Of a stretch of DNA of 64,000 nucleotides, positions 30,658 through 41,025 are shown piece after piece. Below the pieces are notes generated by a model. That model saw nothing but the letters and a program-made list of their open reading frames with translations. It did no database searches and was not told the origin of the DNA. Source of the DNA: Flavobacteriales bacterium (GTDB taxonomy: Bacteria > Bacteroidota > Bacteroidia > Flavobacteriales_D > Sanyastnellaceae); the NCBI GenBank assembly GCA_016722445.1, contig JADKIZ010000017.1, positions 21,853-85,852 on the forward strand, given 5' to 3'. A program made the position numbers and the translations under genes. Numbering within the stretch: position 1 is the stretch's first letter; every line of letters begins with the position of its first letter.

Positions 30658-32802
30658 TTAATTCGATGCTGTTTCTGGTCTAGGAATCAAAACTTTACGT
30701 GAAAGTTTGTATTTTCCGTTTTTCGGATCTTTACCAATCACTTTCACTTGAATTCTGTCACCTTCTTTCAACACATCGCGAACATTTTCAATACGTGTCC
30801 AATCGATTTCAGAGACGTGCAGGAGCGCATCCTGTTTCGGAAGAATCTCAACGAAAGCACCAAACGCCTGGATGTTTTTCACCACACCTTCGTAAACCTC
30901 ACCCACTTCAATTTGTGGAGGGAATACGATGCTTTTCACACGACGAAGAGCTGCTTCAAGATTTTCCTTATTGGAAGAAGCGATTTCTACGATGCCTTTA
31001 TTATCGACTTCAGAGATGGTAATCACCGTGCTTGTTGTCTTCTGGATTTCCTGAATCACTTTACCACCTGGGCCGATTACAGCGCCGATGGTGTCGTTTG
31101 GAATCTCCAGACTCACGATTCTTGGAGCGTGAGGTTTATAGTCTTCACGTGGTTTATCGAGGGTCTTGAGCATTTCGCCCAAAATATGAAGACGGCCTTG
31201 ACGCGCTTGTTCGAGCGCATTTTTCACCATGTCCATGCTGAGACCTTTGATTTTGATGTCCATCTGGCAAGCGGTAATACCTTTCGCAGTACCGGTTACT
31301 TTGAAGTCCATATCTCCGAGGTGGTCTTCATCACCAAGGATATCGGAGAGGATTTGATACTTTGAATTGTCTTCATTGGTGATCAATCCCATTGCAATAC
31401 CAGAAACGGGTGCAGAAATCTGAACACCACCATCCATGAGAGCAAGCGTACCTGCGCAAACCGTTGCCATAGAAGACGAACCATTTGATTCGAGGATATC
31501 AGAAACAACGCGAATTGCGTAAGGACATTCAGCACGTGGTGGAATGACAGGTTTCAAAGCTCTGAGAGCGAGGTTACCGTGACCAATTTCGCGACGACTT
31601 GTAGCGCGAATTGGACGAGCTTCACCCGTGCTGTATGGTGGGAAGTTGTAATGCAACAAGAAACGATCTTCGCGAGGCATTACCGCGCTATCGATCATCT
31701 GTTCGTCCAACTTGGTACCCAAAGTGAGGGTAGTAAGCGATTGAGTTTCACCACGCGTTAATACGCTTGATCCGTGAGTACCTGGAAGGTAATCCACTTC
31801 ACTCCAGATCGGACGGATCTGAGTTGTAGAGCGGCCATCAAGGCGAATGCCTTCATTGAGGATCATGTTTCGCATGGCATCCTTGAGGCAGTCGTGGTGG
31901 TATTTATTGAGCAGGAAACGAATGGCTTCCTTTTCTTCGTCGGTATAACGCTTTTCGAACTCTTCCTGAATTTCATGGAAAGAGTTGGAGCGAGAATTTT
32001 TGTCAGTAGGGATCTTGGCTGTATCGTAATATTTCTGATAACATTCGTCCCAAACGAGTTTTTTCAGATCAAGATCTTTTGGTTCGTGATCGTAAGTACG
32101 TTTGGTTCTAGCCTTTTCAACTTGTTCAGCGAGTTCCTTTTGAGCCTGAACCTGAACTTTGATGGCAGCGTGTGCCACTTCGAGTGCAGCGATCATTTCA
32201 TCTTCAGAAACCTCTTTCATTTCACCTTCAACCATGACGATGCTATCATCAGAACCGGCAACCATCAACTCGAGGTCGGCGGTGGCCAGTTGCGCCCAGG
32301 TAGGATTCAAAACAAACTGACCGTTGATCCGTGCAACGCGTACTTCTGAGATCGGGCCATTGAAAGGCAGATCAGAAACAGCGATCGCAGCAGAAGCAGC
32401 GAGACCAGCAAGGCTATCCGACATATTTTCTTTATCGGCAGAAATGAGGTTCACCACCACCTGGATATCGGCATGGAAATCATCTGGAAACATCGGGCGC
32501 AGGGCGCGGTCGATGAGACGAGCGACGAGGATTTCGTCGTCATAAGGGCGAGCTTCACGTTTGAAATAGCCACCCGGAAAACGTCCGGCAGCAGCATATT
32601 TTTCGCGATATTCTACAGTTAAAGGGAGGAAGTCAACACCAGCTTTTGCTTCATCAGCTGCAACAACTGCAGCGAGGAGCATGGTATCACCTTGTCTTAC
32701 CACGACAGAACCGTGGGCTTGTTTGGCCAACTTACCTGTTTCGATGGTAATCGGGCGATTGTCACCGAGGTCGATGGTTTTCTTAAACAATTGGTAACTC
32801 AT
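30658..32802 (-). CDS. pnp: polynucleotide phosphorylase / polyribonucleotide nucleotidyltransferase
   Basis: 714 aa with two RNase PH domains, then KH and S1 domains ('[34 protein letters not shown]'). It sits in the conserved rpsO-pnp arrangement. Confidence 0.95.
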   Translation of the reverse strand: MSYQLFKKTIDLGDNRPITIETGKLAKQAHGSVVVRQGDTMLLAAVVAADEAKAGVDFLPLTVEYREKYAAAGRFPGGYFKREARPYDDEILVARLIDRALRPMFPDDFHADIQVVVNLISADKENMSDSLAGLAASAAIAVSDLPFNGPISEVRVARINGQFVLNPTWAQLATADLELMVAGSDDSIVMVEGEMKEVSEDEMIAALEVAHAAIKVQVQAQKELAEQVEKARTKRTYDHEPKDLDLKKLVWDECYQKYYDTAKIPTDKNSRSNSFHEIQEEFEKRYTDEEKEAIRFLLNKYHHDCLKDAMRNMILNEGIRLDGRSTTQIRPIWSEVDYLPGTHGSSVLTRGETQSLTTLTLGTKLDEQMIDSAVMPREDRFLLHYNFPPYSTGEARPIRATSRREIGHGNLALRALKPVIPPRAECPYAIRVVSDILESNGSSSMATVCAGTLALMDGGVQISAPVSGIAMGLITNEDNSKYQILSDILGDEDHLGDMDFKVTGTAKGITACQMDIKIKGLSMDMVKNALEQARQGRLHILGEMLKTLDKPREDYKPHAPRIVSLEIPNDTIGAVIGPGGKVIQEIQKTTSTVITISEVDNKGIVEIASSNKENLEAALRRVKSIVFPPQIEVGEVYEGVVKNIQAFGAFVEILPKQDALLHVSEIDWTRIENVRDVLKEGDRIQVKVIGKDPKNGKYKLSRKVLIPRPETASN

Positions 32803-32847
32803 TTTCTTTTTTGCGGATAAAAAACGTCAAGTATGTAAACGCAAAAA

Positions 32848-32867
32848 GGCAATTGTGGTCAATTGCC
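32848..32867 (-). promoter_or_regulatory. rpsO-pnp intergenic stem-loop (rpsO terminator / pnp leader processing-type hairpin)
   Basis: ggcaattg-tggt-caattgcc is a perfect 8-bp palindrome. A second hairpin gtccc-gat-gggac lies at about 32875-32890. A T-run is present on the minus strand. Confidence 0.5.
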
Positions 32868-32895
32868 CTTTTGCCCGTCCCGATGGGACAATGTG

Positions 32896-33165
32896 TTATT
32901 TGCGGAGATCAAGTTCTTTAACAATAGCCCTGTAACGCGTAATGTCTGTTTTCTGCAAATAGTCGAGGAGACTTCTGCGCTTACCTACCAAGCGAATCAG
33001 ACTGCGTTGAGTACCGAAGTCTTTTTTGTTCACTTTGAGGTGTTCTGTCAGGTGGTTGATGCGGAAAGAAAATAGTGCAATCTGTCCTTCGGCTGTTCCG
33101 GTGTCTTTTTCAGACTTACCGTGTTTTTTGAAAATCTCTTGTTTTTTTTCTGATGTGAGGTACAT
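32896..33165 (-). CDS. rpsO: 30S ribosomal protein S15
   Basis: 89 aa from MYLTSEKKQEIFKKHGKSEKDTGTAEGQIALFSFRINHLTEHLK...; canonical S15 immediately upstream of pnp. Confidence 0.95.
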   Translation of the reverse strand: MYLTSEKKQEIFKKHGKSEKDTGTAEGQIALFSFRINHLTEHLKVNKKDFGTQRSLIRLVGKRRSLLDYLQKTDITRYRAIVKELDLRK

Positions 33166-33358
33166 GCTAATACTTGTATAAGTGATTGTTATGTGGTCCG
33201 TCAAAGACAGATTTCTTCAAATCTGCTTTAATTGAGGGGTGCAAATGTATGCATTCCACACTGGTTTTTCCAAAATTAATACAACAGAACTGGGGAATTT
33301 ATAAGTCCGATATGATTTACCCTATACATTCGCGGCCCAATTTAACAAACACAAATTC

Positions 33359-33947
33359 ATGAAGAAAAGTATTTTGAGTGTTGTGGCCCTCGGAATTCTG
33401 ATGGCCAGCTGCGGAGATAAGAAAGATGCGGTGAGCGATGTAAAAATGACCAACGAGAACGATAGCTTGAGCTATGCCATCGGTCTGAATCTGGGAGAAA
33501 GTTTTTCTCAGGGAGACTTGAAGGAATTGAACTACGATCTCCTTGTTCAAGGTATGAAAGATCAAATGGACAGTACAGGCGCCATGGAATTGGCAGATGC
33601 TGAAAAGTACATTCAGGAAGTGATGATGGGCCGTGAAGAGCGGAGCGAAACCAACATCAGCAGATGACATGGTTACCGTACATTATCATGGCACTTTGCC
33701 AGACGGAACTGTGTTTGACAGCTCAGTTGATCGCGGCGAACCTGCGTCATTCCGATTGAATCAGGTGATTCCAGGCTGGACAGAAGGACTTCAATTGATG
33801 AGCGAAGGAAGTAAATATCAATTCTTCGTTCCACAAGAACTTGGTTACGGTGCCAGAGGAATGGGAAAAATCAAACCTTATTCTGCATTGGTTTTTGAAA
33901 TTGAGTTGATTAAAGTTGGCGCTCCAGCGGAAGCTCCGGCACATTAA
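33359..33947 (+). pseudogene. FKBP-type peptidyl-prolyl isomerase lipoprotein (FkpA/FklB-like) with a frameshift and a ~35-codon internal deletion
   Basis: Lipoprotein signal LMASC. The N-terminal domain ends '[14 protein letters not shown]', then frame +1 resumes '[30 protein letters not shown]...GWTEGLQLM...'. The linker and first beta-strand ('...GVKTTPSGLQYKVI...') that are present in the downstream paralog are missing. Confidence 0.6.
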
Positions 33948-33990
33948 TCCCATGTATTGCTCTTGAAAGTGGAGAAAAGAGGTATAGGTT

Positions 33991-34707
33991 TTGCTTGATG
34001 CCGACGAATTTCATTTTCAAAACAAATCCATTTCTATGAAAAAATTATTTTTCGCGATTTCGATGCTGGTTCTGCAATTGAGTGTTTGTGGCCAAACTAA
34101 AAATGCACAACCACTTCAAACAGAAAACGACAGTTTGAGTTATTGCATCGGATTGAGTATTGGTAAAAGCCTCGCGGATGGAGACCTTCAGGACGTTGAA
34201 GTGTCAAAGCTAGCGCAAGGAATTGCCGATCAATTCAAACAAAACCCATTGATGACTGTTGAACAGGCAGAGATGTATATCAATCGGTTTTGATGGCGTC
34301 AAGAAGCCAAAAACCTGGAATACAAAATCAAACAGGAAGAATTTATCACAACCAACAAAAAAGCCGAAGGAGTTAAAACGACTCCAAGCGGTTTGCAATA
34401 CAAAGTGATTTCTGAAGGTACCGGTCCAAAACCAACAGCTGCAGATGTTGTTACGGTGCATTATACCGGCACCTTGACAGATGGTACTGTTTTCGACAGT
34501 TCTGTGCAGCGCGGTGAACCGGCGACATTCGGATTGAGTCAGGTGATACCCGGTTGGACTGAGGGTCTGCAAATGATGAGCACAGGAAGCAAGTATCAGT
34601 TCTTTATTCCTCAGGAATTGGGATATGGTTCAAGTGGAATGGGTGAAATCAAACCGTATTCGGTTTTGATCTTTGAAGTAGAGTTGATCGCCATCGGCAA
34701 TCAATAA
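33991..34707 (+). CDS. FKBP-type peptidyl-prolyl isomerase (FkpA/FklB-like) interrupted by an in-frame TGA at 34291-34293
   Basis: The N-terminal domain '...MTVEQAEMYINRF', then a stop, then the same frame continues '[79 protein letters not shown]...FEVELIAI'. Confidence 0.75.
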
Positions 34708-34728
34708 GCTTGATCATAAAAAAAACAT

Positions 34729-34762
34729 GAAGGCTGTCCTGAATTCAGGGCAGCCTTTTTTA
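34729..34762 (+). terminator. rho-independent terminator after the FKBP gene
   Basis: aggctgtcctgaa / ttcagggcagcct stem followed by tttttt. Confidence 0.65.
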
Positions 34763-34824
34763 TTCATCCCGATTGGATGCATCCGTTTTTGAAGCGGTAG
34801 AATAACTTTACTCCGCAATAAAAC

Positions 34825-35421
34825 ATGGAAGACATCACATCCATTCAGGAGAACACTTTTCGCAAATTCGTTGACGGCACTTATGTTCTCGACGAAGTAA
34901 CCTGGGGTGCCTTTGTAAAAGATTGGTCATATTTTGAAGCCAAACGAAAGAACATACTGACAACGGCAGGTGAAGTTGAGAAGTACGTATATTTTGTATT
35001 GGAAGGAGTTCAGCGGGCTTATTATGTTGGGGAAAATGATAAAGAGGCCACCATTGTTTTTACCTATGCCCCATCATTCAGTGGTGTTGCAGACTCGGCT
35101 TTGACGGGGCTTCCTTCCAAATATTATTTTGAAACCATTACGTCGAGTCAATTTCTGAGGATTCGAATTGAAACATTGAATAAGTTGATGGAAGAACACC
35201 GACCCATTCAAAATCTCATCATGCGTCTCGCCAGTTTAAGTCTATACGGTGTTTTGGCTCGACAAGCAGAAATACAGTCCTTTTCTTCGGAAGAAAAATT
35301 CAGGACTTTGTTACACCGCAGTCCTCACCTACTCCAATTGGTGCCGCACAAATACATTGCATCCTACCTTGGGATTGATGCGACGAACTTCAGTAAGCTT
35401 TTGGGAAGTGTAAAACTCTGA
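34825..35421 (+). CDS. Crp/Fnr-family transcriptional regulator (cNMP-binding + HTH)
   Basis: 198 aa. The beta-roll region is 'VYFVLEGVQRAYYVGENDKEATIVFTY' and the C-terminal HTH is 'YIASYLGIDATNFSKLL'. Confidence 0.65.
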   Translation: MEDITSIQENTFRKFVDGTYVLDEVTWGAFVKDWSYFEAKRKNILTTAGEVEKYVYFVLEGVQRAYYVGENDKEATIVFTYAPSFSGVADSALTGLPSKYYFETITSSQFLRIRIETLNKLMEEHRPIQNLIMRLASLSLYGVLARQAEIQSFSSEEKFRTLLHRSPHLLQLVPHKYIASYLGIDATNFSKLLGSVKL

Positions 35422-35513
35422 TTCTGTTACTTGATGGCGTGATGATGAATCTTGGTAATTGCCAACTTTTCAATCCATGAGTTTCAACAAACTTTGCCCG
35501 TCAATCGAAACAC

Positions 35514-36080
35514 ATGAAAGATCAAAAAGAATTTTTACAACAATATGCTTCTGAGGTGAGAAACATCATCAGAGAAATGGAAAGTTGGTCGCATCAAGAA
35601 GAAAACAATTTACAGCGATATCCAGCACCCGGAAAATGGAGCGCGATACAATGTGTGCAGCACCTCAACGTATACAGTCGCTATTATTTAAAAGCTATAG
35701 AAAAGGAATTGAAAACAGCTCCAACAGTTTCCGGCCATGAAGTGAAGTCAGGTCCATTGGGCAGGTATTTTATAAAATTGATGAAAACCAACGACAACGG
35801 AATTGTAACCAAGCCCATGAATTCACCTAAAAATGCTGTACCTGAATTGTTGCCCAATGTCAAGTCAGAAATCAGCGAGTTCATTCAGCACCAACAAAAG
35901 CTATTGATACTATTGCAACAATCTGAGAAGATCGATATCAATCAAATCAGAATTCCAACTTCCATCATGAAAATGATTCGCATGAAGTTGGGAGATACGT
36001 TTGCCTTTTTTATAGAACATGAAAAGAGGCATATGATACAAGGTCGAAAAGCTTTGGAAGCTGGGGAATCTAGATTATAG
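35514..36080 (+). CDS. DinB/YfiT-like (DUF1569-type) four-helix-bundle protein
   Basis: 'PAPGKWSAIQCVQHLNVYSRYYL' and the C-terminal 'FFIEHEKRHMIQ' have His spacing typical of DinB_2-like metal-binding proteins. Confidence 0.4.
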   Translation: MKDQKEFLQQYASEVRNIIREMESWSHQEENNLQRYPAPGKWSAIQCVQHLNVYSRYYLKAIEKELKTAPTVSGHEVKSGPLGRYFIKLMKTNDNGIVTKPMNSPKNAVPELLPNVKSEISEFIQHQQKLLILLQQSEKIDINQIRIPTSIMKMIRMKLGDTFAFFIEHEKRHMIQGRKALEAGESRL

Positions 36081-36179
36081 TATCAACGAGATTTCTGAGC
36101 ACAACGGATTCATCTTAAATCCACACATAACCATCCTATCTTCGTCAGATTATGGCACCATATTTTCCATAGGCCGACG

Positions 36180-36869
36180 ATGACGAAATCATACATTCCA
36201 TGGATTTTCCTGTGCAGTTTAGTGATCTGCCTGTCGGGCTGTATGGATACAAATCATCAAGACAATTTAAAAGAAGTTGCAAAAGATTTGCAAGAATTGA
36301 AGTCTCAGATGCCAGAAGAACCGGATACTGCAAGCTCAATTTTACCCGACAGTATTTCAAATCACGAAACGAAGTTTGCGGCCAATGAAGTCATTGAAGT
36401 AAAGAAGAAGCCCGAGATAACTTCTGACAAAAAAATAGGTGCGCCGGAACCAGTCAAGGAAGAATTGCCGCTGCCTGTTTCTTCAGAGAAAGATGAATTG
36501 TTTCATTACCAAAACTCCAAACTCATTTCATTGCGTATTACACCTTGGAAGAGTGATAGACGACAACTCATTTTTTATGACAAGAAGGGAAACATCACCT
36601 ATACGCAGGACGATGTGAGGCTGAGTTATCAGGAAGTATCCGAGGTCAAAGAATTTCATTCGAATGGAGCCGTGGCCAAAATACAAATCCACAATAATCC
36701 GGGAGCCAGTCGTCATTGGTCAGAAATTTTGATCACATTCGATCAAAACAACGAACCAGAATGGAAGACCATCATGACCTATCCACTCGAAAGCATTTCG
36801 CAAACCATGAACAATACCTATAGATTTGACCGCATCCAGAAAAATTGGGTACTGGAGCAGAAACAATAG
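36180..36869 (+). CDS. hypothetical lipoprotein
   Basis: Lipobox 'LVICLSGC' after a signal peptide. No recognisable domain. Confidence 0.5.
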   Translation: MTKSYIPWIFLCSLVICLSGCMDTNHQDNLKEVAKDLQELKSQMPEEPDTASSILPDSISNHETKFAANEVIEVKKKPEITSDKKIGAPEPVKEELPLPVSSEKDELFHYQNSKLISLRITPWKSDRRQLIFYDKKGNITYTQDDVRLSYQEVSEVKEFHSNGAVAKIQIHNNPGASRHWSEILITFDQNNEPEWKTIMTYPLESISQTMNNTYRFDRIQKNWVLEQKQ

Positions 36870-36902
36870 GAAGAGAGAGAACATTCATTCCGGAAACTTC
36901 AC

Positions 36903-37475
36903 ATGGCCAAACATTATATAGAAGACGAAAAATTCGAACGGAAGCAGTTTAATTCAGAGCCATTACCGGCACTTGAATTCGAAAACTGCTCATTTCATTA
37001 TTGTGATTTCACAGATTGCGACCTATCTGGTTACAAATTCATGGATTGTGAATTTCACGGTTGCAATATGAGTCTTGTAAAATGTGACAAAACTGCATTG
37101 CGCAATGTCAAATTCAACCAATGCAAAATGTTGGGATGGCGTTTTGATTTGTGCAATGACTTCGGTTTGTCATTCCGTTTTGAAGGTTGTCAACTCAATC
37201 ATTCCTCCTTTCATCAGCTCAAAATCAAAAAGACTGTTTTTATTGATACACAATTACGCGAAGTGGATTTTTCCTCTTGTGATCTCAGCGGATCAATATT
37301 CGATAGTTGCGATCTCAGCGATGCGTTGTTTGAGAATACAGTGTTGATTCAGGCGGATTTTCGCACGGCGATCCATTATCATATCGATCCGGAGATGAAT
37401 CAAATCAAGAAAGCACGATTTTCATTGAGTGGAGTTGAAGGACTATTGCGAAAGTATCAAATCGAAATTGTGTGA
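36903..37475 (+). CDS. pentapeptide-repeat protein
   Basis: Tandem A(D/N)LXX-type quintets such as 'CDFTDCDLSGYKFMDCEFHGCNMSLVKCDKTALRNVKFNQCKM'. Confidence 0.7.
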   Translation: MAKHYIEDEKFERKQFNSEPLPALEFENCSFHYCDFTDCDLSGYKFMDCEFHGCNMSLVKCDKTALRNVKFNQCKMLGWRFDLCNDFGLSFRFEGCQLNHSSFHQLKIKKTVFIDTQLREVDFSSCDLSGSIFDSCDLSDALFENTVLIQADFRTAIHYHIDPEMNQIKKARFSLSGVEGLLRKYQIEIV

Positions 37476-37487
37476 TACTGGCAGTGA

Positions 37488-39584
37488 TCACATCACAAAT
37501 TCAAGTTTACCGACATCAACTTTCGTTTTGAAAACGCCGATGGCCACAACGGCTTGACCTTTATCCATTTCTAGTACAGTTCCTGTTTGTTTGGTGTTTT
37601 CAAGACGAACGAGCGATCCTACTTTGATGGATTCTGTTCGTTTGATGCGGGTTTCATTTTCCTCCTGCGTCTTTTTGACCTTTTTGGTAAGAGAGCGTTT
37701 CTTTCTTTCCTCGTCAATTTTTGTCTTCTCCATCGCGATGTATTTTTTTACTTCATCCAGGAGTTCCTTGTTTTTGCTTCGCAGATTATAAGACTTAATA
37801 AACTGAACCATTTTTCTACCATGGTTCAGGTATTTGTTGTTGCGTTCAATGGTCTCTTGTTGTTTGAGCAATCTTTCCTCCATCTTTTCGCGTTTCTTTT
37901 CATACTCTGTAATGGCGTTGCTTGCCAGTTCACCAGCGGCGCGGGCATTTTGGGTGAAATGCTCAAACTTTGTTTTTTCATCTTGCAAAGAAGCCAGCAT
38001 CTCGTCCATTTGAACCTTTTGGATGCTCAGTTTCTTTTTGGCATTTTCAATCATCGCCGGTGGAATGCCGTTGATCTGTGCCACTTCGAAAGTAAAAGAG
38101 CTCCCCGGTTGTCCGATAGACAATTGATAAGTTGGCTCGAGTGTTTCCGTATTGAACAACATACATCCATTCATGGCATACTTCATCTGGGCAGCCTTGA
38201 GTTTGATGTTGCCATAATGCGTTGTGATCACCCCAAATGTTTTCCTTCCATAGAGTTCTTCAAAAAACACTTCAGCAAGTGCACCACCCAAATCGGGATC
38301 GGAGCCTGTTCCAAATTCATCGAGCAATACAAGACTGCGACGGTTTGCTGAATCGAGGAATAGCTTCATGCGTTTTAACCGATAGCTGTAGGTTGAAAGC
38401 TGATTTTCGATGCTTTGGTTGTCGCCAATATCTGTGAGTACAGAATGAAAAAACGCCATCTTGCTGCCGTGAGCAACTGGCACGAGCAATCCACATTGCA
38501 ACATCACTTGAAGCAAACCAACAGTTTTCATGGTGATGCTTTTTCCTCCAGCATTAGGACCACTGATCACGAGCATACGTTGATCCCGATCCATCATGAG
38601 TGATTGGGGAAATGTCTTCTTGTTATTTCTGCGATTGCTCAATAACAACAAAGGATGATAAGCTTTTCGCAAATCGATGATTGGATCATCGCATAATTCA
38701 GGAAGGATGGCATCGATTTCCATGGCAAATCGCGCTTTCGCCTGAATAAAATCAAATTCGGTGAGTATCCGTTGGTAGTTTCTGATCAAAGGCAATTGAT
38801 GCCTGATTTGCTGCGTAAGTTGTCGAAGAATTTTTCTGATTTCAGTTCTCTCATCATCCATGAGAGCTTCCAGTTCGAAGTTCAACTGAATATTCACTTC
38901 AGGTTCGATGTAAGTGAGCGCACCTGTTTTACTGCTGCTGATCACAATACCCGGAATTTTTCTTTTATGAGTGCTGTAAACTGCCAACACCCTTCTTTCA
39001 TTCAGGAAAGACTCGCCAGTGTCACCCAAAAATCCTTTGCCGGCATACTCTTTCATGATGCGTGAAAAATTCTTGGAAATCGTACGCCGCACTTCAATGA
39101 TGGAAGAACGAATCTGCTTCAATTCCGGAGATGCATCATCCTTTACTTTCCATTTGTTGTCGAAGACAGTGATGATGGCAGACATCATCTCTTCGTTATG
39201 TTCAATTCCATCGAGCACTTCAAACAGATGGGGAAAAACATCCTCCATCCCCTTAAAAGCCAAAAGCATTTCGTTCACGAGTGCATTTGCGCGATAGATT
39301 CTGAAAAAGCTCTCTTCATTCAGCACACTGTCGCGGGCTTGAAGGAATCGAATTTCATCTTCTACTTCATGAAAATCTATGGCCGGAAAAGCGATGGCAT
39401 CACGTCGAATGGTTGTAAACTCATTGACCTGATTCAACGCCTTTTTCAATTTTTGATGATCATTCCACGGCACAAGATCCAGGGTTCGCAGACGTGCAGT
39501 CGGCTGTGAGCAATAGTCATGCAACATCACCCTCACCAGATCGAACTCCAGATCCCGTATTACCTGATCATCAAACTGCCTCAT
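37488..39584 (-). CDS. mutS2: endonuclease MutS2 (MutS domain V ATPase + C-terminal Smr)
   Basis: Walker A 'SGPNAGGKSITMKTVGL' and the C-terminal Smr-like 'LDLRGMRVDEA' context 'GQAVVAIGVFKTKVDVGKLEFV'. A length near 700 aa is typical. Confidence 0.8.
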   Translation of the reverse strand: MRQFDDQVIRDLEFDLVRVMLHDYCSQPTARLRTLDLVPWNDHQKLKKALNQVNEFTTIRRDAIAFPAIDFHEVEDEIRFLQARDSVLNEESFFRIYRANALVNEMLLAFKGMEDVFPHLFEVLDGIEHNEEMMSAIITVFDNKWKVKDDASPELKQIRSSIIEVRRTISKNFSRIMKEYAGKGFLGDTGESFLNERRVLAVYSTHKRKIPGIVISSSKTGALTYIEPEVNIQLNFELEALMDDERTEIRKILRQLTQQIRHQLPLIRNYQRILTEFDFIQAKARFAMEIDAILPELCDDPIIDLRKAYHPLLLLSNRRNNKKTFPQSLMMDRDQRMLVISGPNAGGKSITMKTVGLLQVMLQCGLLVPVAHGSKMAFFHSVLTDIGDNQSIENQLSTYSYRLKRMKLFLDSANRRSLVLLDEFGTGSDPDLGGALAEVFFEELYGRKTFGVITTHYGNIKLKAAQMKYAMNGCMLFNTETLEPTYQLSIGQPGSSFTFEVAQINGIPPAMIENAKKKLSIQKVQMDEMLASLQDEKTKFEHFTQNARAAGELASNAITEYEKKREKMEERLLKQQETIERNNKYLNHGRKMVQFIKSYNLRSKNKELLDEVKKYIAMEKTKIDEERKKRSLTKKVKKTQEENETRIKRTESIKVGSLVRLENTKQTGTVLEMDKGQAVVAIGVFKTKVDVGKLEFVM

Positions 39585-40948
39585 TCCTTTTCGAGAAAAC
39601 CGGTAAGCGAATTGTCTTTTGCCGACGCGGTCATTTTTTCGTTTCGATTCTGATATTTATTCACGCCAACGACGATCCTCTCACCATCCGCAATGGCCTG
39701 TTGTTGTTTTTGCAGAGCTTCGAATACAAGTCCATTGAACCATGCACCGCATTTGAAGATTCCTTCCTTCTTTTCGATTTCGAGGAAAAGATCCCAAGCC
39801 TTGTTGACGATCCATGCAGTGAGTTCCTCTATATAATAAGAACCTTTAGCGACATCACCTGCCTGATGAAAATAGCTTTCCTCCATCAGCAGATGTTGAA
39901 TGTTGCGTGACAACCGCAAGGATATTTCGCTACTACTGCCATTCGCTTCATAGGAAGGAATCACATGTACATCATCGGCACCACCAATGATGGCACTCAT
40001 ACACTGTGTTGTGGCTCGTAACAGATTATTATAATGGTCTTTGGTTGTTTGCTGAAAGCGCGAAGTTTCAGCATGGATATAACAATCAGCCCTTTCCGAT
40101 TGATCCAATTTGTAGGCTTTCAATACGGTCTTCCATAAAAGTCTAAAAGCCCTGTATTTGGCGATTTCATTGAAGTAGGAAGAACCCGTAGAGAAATTGA
40201 ATTGTAGCTTTTGAACCACGAGAGCAGGATCAACACCCACATGATCCAACTGATGAATCAATTCCTGGCCCATTGCCAGTGCAAAAGACAATTCGTGGAT
40301 GGCCTGTCCGCCACACTCATGAATGAGGATCGCATTTACCGGTAAGATTCTTAAACCGGGAAAACGCGAAGTCACTTTGATCCAATATGGTAAATTGGCA
40401 AATTGAGAGCCGCTATGAGAAGCAGTGACGATACTTCCATTGATTTGAGCAGCATCCAATTTTCTTTCATCACAAAAAGTGAGGAACCAATCAATGGTTC
40501 TATCATCGTTATCAGGATGCACAAAATGCACTGAAATGTATTCTACAAAAATGCCGTGCAGCAGCGCCCTCAAGTCATCTTCCTGAGCAATTTTAAAAGC
40601 AAAACCGATAGCATTCGCACCCCCCTTCAAACATTGCAAAGCCTTCTGATTCACTTCAGAGGCATTTTTCCCTTCTACTTCCTGGTAGATTGCCCATGTT
40701 TCCGGCTTATCAATATCCGATCGCACCTCGGTACCTGAGAAGTAAGGTTCCACCGCAAATCCATTGGGATTGTTCCATTGGATACTTTCTAAACCCTTTT
40801 CTCCGAGTTCCTTCATCACCGCCTTTTTCCACTGATCATAGGAAGTCGCCGGAAATTCTTCGAATTGCAGATTGTTCATCGGCTCAAAAATAAAGCGGAA
40901 AGCGCGCTGTTTGGCGATTGTTCGTATCCGGAAATTGCTTCCATGCAC
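39581..40948 (-). CDS. methylmalonyl-CoA mutase family protein (small/beta-subunit-like, no B12-binding domain visible), orphan
   Basis: 'DVAKGSYYIEELTAWIVNKAWDLFLEIE' matches the MCM 'DP(L)GGSYY(I/V)E' region. The likely start is MNNLQFEEF (about 40879). No large-subunit gene is adjacent. Confidence 0.55.
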   Translation of the reverse strand: MHGSNFRIRTIAKQRAFRFIFEPMNNLQFEEFPATSYDQWKKAVMKELGEKGLESIQWNNPNGFAVEPYFSGTEVRSDIDKPETWAIYQEVEGKNASEVNQKALQCLKGGANAIGFAFKIAQEDDLRALLHGIFVEYISVHFVHPDNDDRTIDWFLTFCDERKLDAAQINGSIVTASHSGSQFANLPYWIKVTSRFPGLRILPVNAILIHECGGQAIHELSFALAMGQELIHQLDHVGVDPALVVQKLQFNFSTGSSYFNEIAKYRAFRLLWKTVLKAYKLDQSERADCYIHAETSRFQQTTKDHYNNLLRATTQCMSAIIGGADDVHVIPSYEANGSSSEISLRLSRNIQHLLMEESYFHQAGDVAKGSYYIEELTAWIVNKAWDLFLEIEKKEGIFKCGAWFNGLVFEALQKQQQAIADGERIVVGVNKYQNRNEKMTASAKDNSLTGFLEKE

Positions 40949-41025
40949 AAATGAGTTCCCATCAAGACAAGGCTACACTTGTGATGATTCACAACACACA
41001 TCCTTTAATATGCTATTTTTGAATC

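Noticed and set aside
30699-32545. Plus-strand ORFs (up to 205 aa) opposite pnp
   Set aside because: They are antisense to PNPase with no independent features.
34291-34293. In-frame TGA in the FKBP gene as a selenocysteine codon
   Set aside because: FKBPs are not known selenoproteins. No SECIS-like hairpin is evident immediately downstream, and the window has many other gene lesions. A nonsense mutation or a substitution error is far more likely.
37587-39910. Plus-strand ORFs (up to 254 aa) opposite mutS2 and the MCM-like gene
   Set aside because: They are antisense shadows. The Phe/Leu-rich composition reflects the Glu/Lys-rich sense strand.
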